Of a stretch of 64,000 nucleotides of DNA, positions 61,399 through 64,000 are shown in pieces. The translations under genes and the position numbers were made by a program. Source of the DNA: Calditrichales bacterium (lineage in GTDB: Bacteria; Calditrichota; Calditrichia; Calditrichales; J004); NCBI GenBank assembly GCA_965267575.1, contig OZ254086.1, positions 224,001 to 288,000 of the forward strand. The letters run 5' to 3'. Numbering within the stretch: the stretch's first letter is position 1; every line of letters begins with the position of its first letter. The notes under the pieces are model-generated. The model was given only the letters and a program-made list of their open reading frames with translations. It searched no databases and was not told the DNA's origin.

Positions 61399-61462
61399 AC
61401 CTGAACACCTGAACACATGAAAACCTGAACACTAACACACTAACACCATAACACTTTAACAC
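61399..61462. repeat. Octamer arrays ACCTGAAC x4 then nnTAACAC x4
   Basis: Read directly. Confidence 0.85.
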
Positions 61463-61476
61463 ATCACCGAGGAACT

Positions 61477-62457
61477 ATGAAACCAATCCGCTGGGGTATA
61501 CTGGCCACAGGCATCATCGCCCATGCCATGGCCGAAGCCCTCCATAACCGTGACGACGCCGACCTGATTGCCGTAGGCTCGCGCACGCTGGAAGCGGCGG
61601 ACGCTTTCGCCGACCGCTGGAACATTCCGCACCGCCACCCGAGCTACGCTTCGCTGGTGCAGGACCCGGATGTGGACGTGATCTACATCGCCACGCCGCA
61701 CAGCCACCATTACGATAACATGAAACTGTGCCTCAACGCCGGCAAGCATGTGCTCTGCGAAAAGGCCTTTACGCTGAATGCCGCCCAGGCCCGCGAATGC
61801 ACCGAACTGGCCAAAAGCAAAAACCTGTTCCTGATGGAGGCCATGTGGACGCGCTTTAACCCGGCTATCCTGCACACACGCAAACTGATCGACGAAGGCG
61901 CCATCGGCGAAGTGCGGCTGGTGCAGGCTGATTTCTGCATCAACCGCAAATTCGATCCGCAGCACCGCCTGTTCAATCCTGAATTGGGTGGCGGCGCCCT
62001 GCTGGACCTGGGCATCTACCCGCTCACGTTTGCCGACCTATGGCTTGGTCCACCCGACGAGATCCAGAGTCACGCCCATTTGGGTAAAACCGGTGTGGAT
62101 GAACTGGCAGCCATCACCCTGCGCTACAAAAGCGGCGCGTCGGCCCAGCTCAGCACATCGTCGCGCGTGGGCAAACCGATCGAAGGCTGGATTGTCGGCA
62201 CAAAGGGATCGATCCATGTGCAGCACATGATGCACCGCCCCGATACACTGACGCTGACACAGGAAGGCAGCGACCCGCAAGAAATCAAAATCCCCTACGA
62301 CGGCAACGGCTACATCCACGAGGCTTTGGAAGTCCACGCCTGCCTGCGCGCGGGCAAAACCGAAAGCAGCGTAATGCCCTGGAGCAAGACCATTGAAATG
62401 ATGGAGCTGATGGACAGCCTGCGCCGCGATTGGGGTGTACGCTACCCGGGGGAGTGA
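61477..62457 (+). CDS. Gfo/Idh/MocA family oxidoreductase
   Basis: WGILATGIIA, YIATPHSHH, KHVLCEK, EAMWTRF, GGGALLDLGIYP. Confidence 0.92.
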   Translation: MKPIRWGILATGIIAHAMAEALHNRDDADLIAVGSRTLEAADAFADRWNIPHRHPSYASLVQDPDVDVIYIATPHSHHYDNMKLCLNAGKHVLCEKAFTLNAAQARECTELAKSKNLFLMEAMWTRFNPAILHTRKLIDEGAIGEVRLVQADFCINRKFDPQHRLFNPELGGGALLDLGIYPLTFADLWLGPPDEIQSHAHLGKTGVDELAAITLRYKSGASAQLSTSSRVGKPIEGWIVGTKGSIHVQHMMHRPDTLTLTQEGSDPQEIKIPYDGNGYIHEALEVHACLRAGKTESSVMPWSKTIEMMELMDSLRRDWGVRYPGE

Positions 62458-62461
62458 GAGT

Positions 62462-62504
62462 GTGCTAAGGTGTTAAGGTGTTAAGGTGTTATAGTGTTAA
62501 TGTG
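62462..62504. repeat. Octamer array GTGTTAnn x5 (reverse complement of the 61431-61462 unit)
   Basis: gtgctaag gtgttaag gtgttaag gtgttata gtgttaat gtg. Confidence 0.85.
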
Positions 62505-62546
62505 CGTCCCACCCTGTCATCTCGAGCGGCCGATCCGGGGCCACGC

Positions 62547-63389
62547 TCATATATCCAATGAATCGGCCGGGCTTTTTATTTTATCGATGGCGCGGGATGA
62601 AACGTGGGTATAAACCTGTGTGGTCTCCAGGCGAACATGCCCCAGCAGTTCCTGGATAAAGCGAATATCGGTGCCATCATCCAGCAGATGTGTAGCAAAG
62701 CTGTGGCGCAGGGTATGCACGGTCGCTTTCTTTTTTATGCCTGCTTTTTGCAGTGCCTGTTTCATAATACTTTGCACGCTTTTATCCGAATAGCGGCCGC
62801 CTTTGGCACCTTCCACCAGGTAATCCTGCGGCTTATATTCTTTAAAGTAGGCACGCAACACGGCAAGGGTTTTCTCCGATAAAACCACATACCTGTCTTT
62901 TTTGCCCTTACCCTGCACCACGTGGATCTTCATGCGTCTGGAATCGATATCAGCAACTTTAAGGTTAAGCAGTTCGCTTAGTCTTAGTCCGGCGGAGTAG
63001 ATAAGCAGCAGGATGGTTTTATGTTTGAGGTTATTGGTTACGGTAAGCAGACGTTTTACCTCTTCTTTGGAGAGCACCACCGGCAATTTTTGCGGTTTTT
63101 TCATTTTAATGTTCAGGGCAGCCGGCACAGGTTTATTAAGAACTTTTTGATACAGGAAGCGGATAGAAGCGATGACTTGTTTCATCGATGAAAACGAATA
63201 TTTTCTTTTCGATTTACAGTGTAACAAATATTCTTCAATCAACATATCTGTCACTTCATCCACTTTTTTAGATGCTACAAATTCCAGAAACAAGGCTAAT
63301 GCTGAAAGATAATTTTTAATGGTTTGCTCAGAATAATTTGCTATGGTAAGTTTGCTCTCAAACGCGCTAAGTATGATTTGTCTTTTCAT
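62547..63389 (-). CDS. Tyrosine recombinase, integron-integrase-like but apparently lacking the IntI insertion
   Basis: YSEQTIKNY, KLPVVLSKEEV, YSAGLRLSE, GKGKKDR, HTLRHSFATHLL, IQELLGH, TTQVYTHV. Confidence 0.88.
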   Translation of the reverse strand: MKRQIILSAFESKLTIANYSEQTIKNYLSALALFLEFVASKKVDEVTDMLIEEYLLHCKSKRKYSFSSMKQVIASIRFLYQKVLNKPVPAALNIKMKKPQKLPVVLSKEEVKRLLTVTNNLKHKTILLLIYSAGLRLSELLNLKVADIDSRRMKIHVVQGKGKKDRYVVLSEKTLAVLRAYFKEYKPQDYLVEGAKGGRYSDKSVQSIMKQALQKAGIKKKATVHTLRHSFATHLLDDGTDIRFIQELLGHVRLETTQVYTHVSSRAIDKIKSPADSLDI

Positions 63390-63442
63390 TTTTAACAAGA
63401 TATATTTCGTACTATAAGAAACTAAAACTAGTACATATTCGC

Positions 63443-63479
63443 GCTATACGCAATCGTATAGCAAGATGTTGCCACACAT
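63443..63479 (+). other. Candidate att-like recombination site
   Basis: Palindrome GCTATACG-caat-CGTATAGC followed by GTTGCCACACAT, a few bases before the next ATG. Confidence 0.45.
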
Positions 63480-63483
63480 ATAA

Positions 63484-64000
63484 ATGAAGAACTTAACGAC
63501 ACCATTAGGACTATTTGGACTTGCTTACCTGATTTACGGGTTAGTAATGAATATTCGAATGTTTACAGAACAAATGTGGCCGACTTATCTGTTCTTCATT
63601 TCAATGGGTATTGGAGTTTTCTTCTTAGCCATAAATAAGTTGACCAAAAGACTTCCTAAGTTTCAATTTTGGCAAATAATAATCGGACTTCTTCCTGTGA
63701 CAGCTTTCTATCTACATATGAAAGTTTGGAATCAAACTCACCCGACTGAGATAGCTGAAAATAGTTTAACAGAAACAAATCACAACTATCATAATGGCGA
63801 CATAATTTTTCAAACGTCAAAGTCTAGCCAAAGTAAAGCCATACAATTAGCGACAAACTCCAAATACAGTCATATGGGAATCATTTACGAAAATGATGGG
63901 CAGTTTTTCGTTTATGAAGCAGTTAAACCCGTGAAATTGTCACCACTCTCAGAATGGATAAATCGTGGAGAAAATGGACATTACGTAATTAAACGACTTG
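63484..64000 (+). CDS. YiiX-like permuted papain-fold (NlpC/P60) protein with N-terminal membrane segments; runs off the window
   Basis: Manual translation MKNLTTPLGLFG...NGDIIFQTSKSSQSKAIQLATNSKYSHMGII...VYEAVKPVK; AT-rich; no obvious RBS. Confidence 0.8.
   Translation, partial: MKNLTTPLGLFGLAYLIYGLVMNIRMFTEQMWPTYLFFISMGIGVFFLAINKLTKRLPKFQFWQIIIGLLPVTAFYLHMKVWNQTHPTEIAENSLTETNHNYHNGDIIFQTSKSSQSKAIQLATNSKYSHMGIIYENDGQFFVYEAVKPVKLSPLSEWINRGENGHYVIKRL

Noticed and set aside
62547-63389. Calling the recombinase XerC/XerD or a canonical IntI
   Set aside because: Its motifs and its context next to AT-rich DNA do not fit housekeeping Xer, and the IntI-specific insertion appears absent; left unnamed

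Overview
Bacterial chromosome segment from a diderm (TonB receptor, Omp85 protein, lipoproteins). The gene set resembles an FCB-group or Calditrichota-like organism; this is inference only. Most of the window is housekeeping: add, bshC, bshA, proS, tRNA-Arg(CCG), mtgA, clpS, hutI, an EF-G paralog, corA, mdh, a DEAD-box helicase, argG and argH. The main accessory feature is a ~13 kb minus-strand polymorphic-toxin array (about 21.9-35.4 kb). It is built from repeated 'mini-Rhs' genes: a Sec signal peptide, one PKD domain, the Rhs core/autoprotease plug and a variable toxin tip, with no YD-repeat shell. Each gene is followed by an AT-rich candidate immunity gene. Three copies are intact, one has a single nonsense codon, two are fragments, and a further disrupted gene appears to use a DNRLRE-type domain instead of PKD. 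Other notable items: a probable ceramide synthesis cluster (spt, bCerS-like GNAT, CerR-like reductase), a methyltransferase coupled to bshC (possible N-methyl-bacillithiol synthesis), a sigma-54 unit with a half receiver domain, many intergenic 6-8 bp tandem arrays and REP-like palindromes, and an integron-like tyrosine recombinase with a divergent cassette-like gene at the right edge. All functional calls come from motif recognition by eye; no searches were run.
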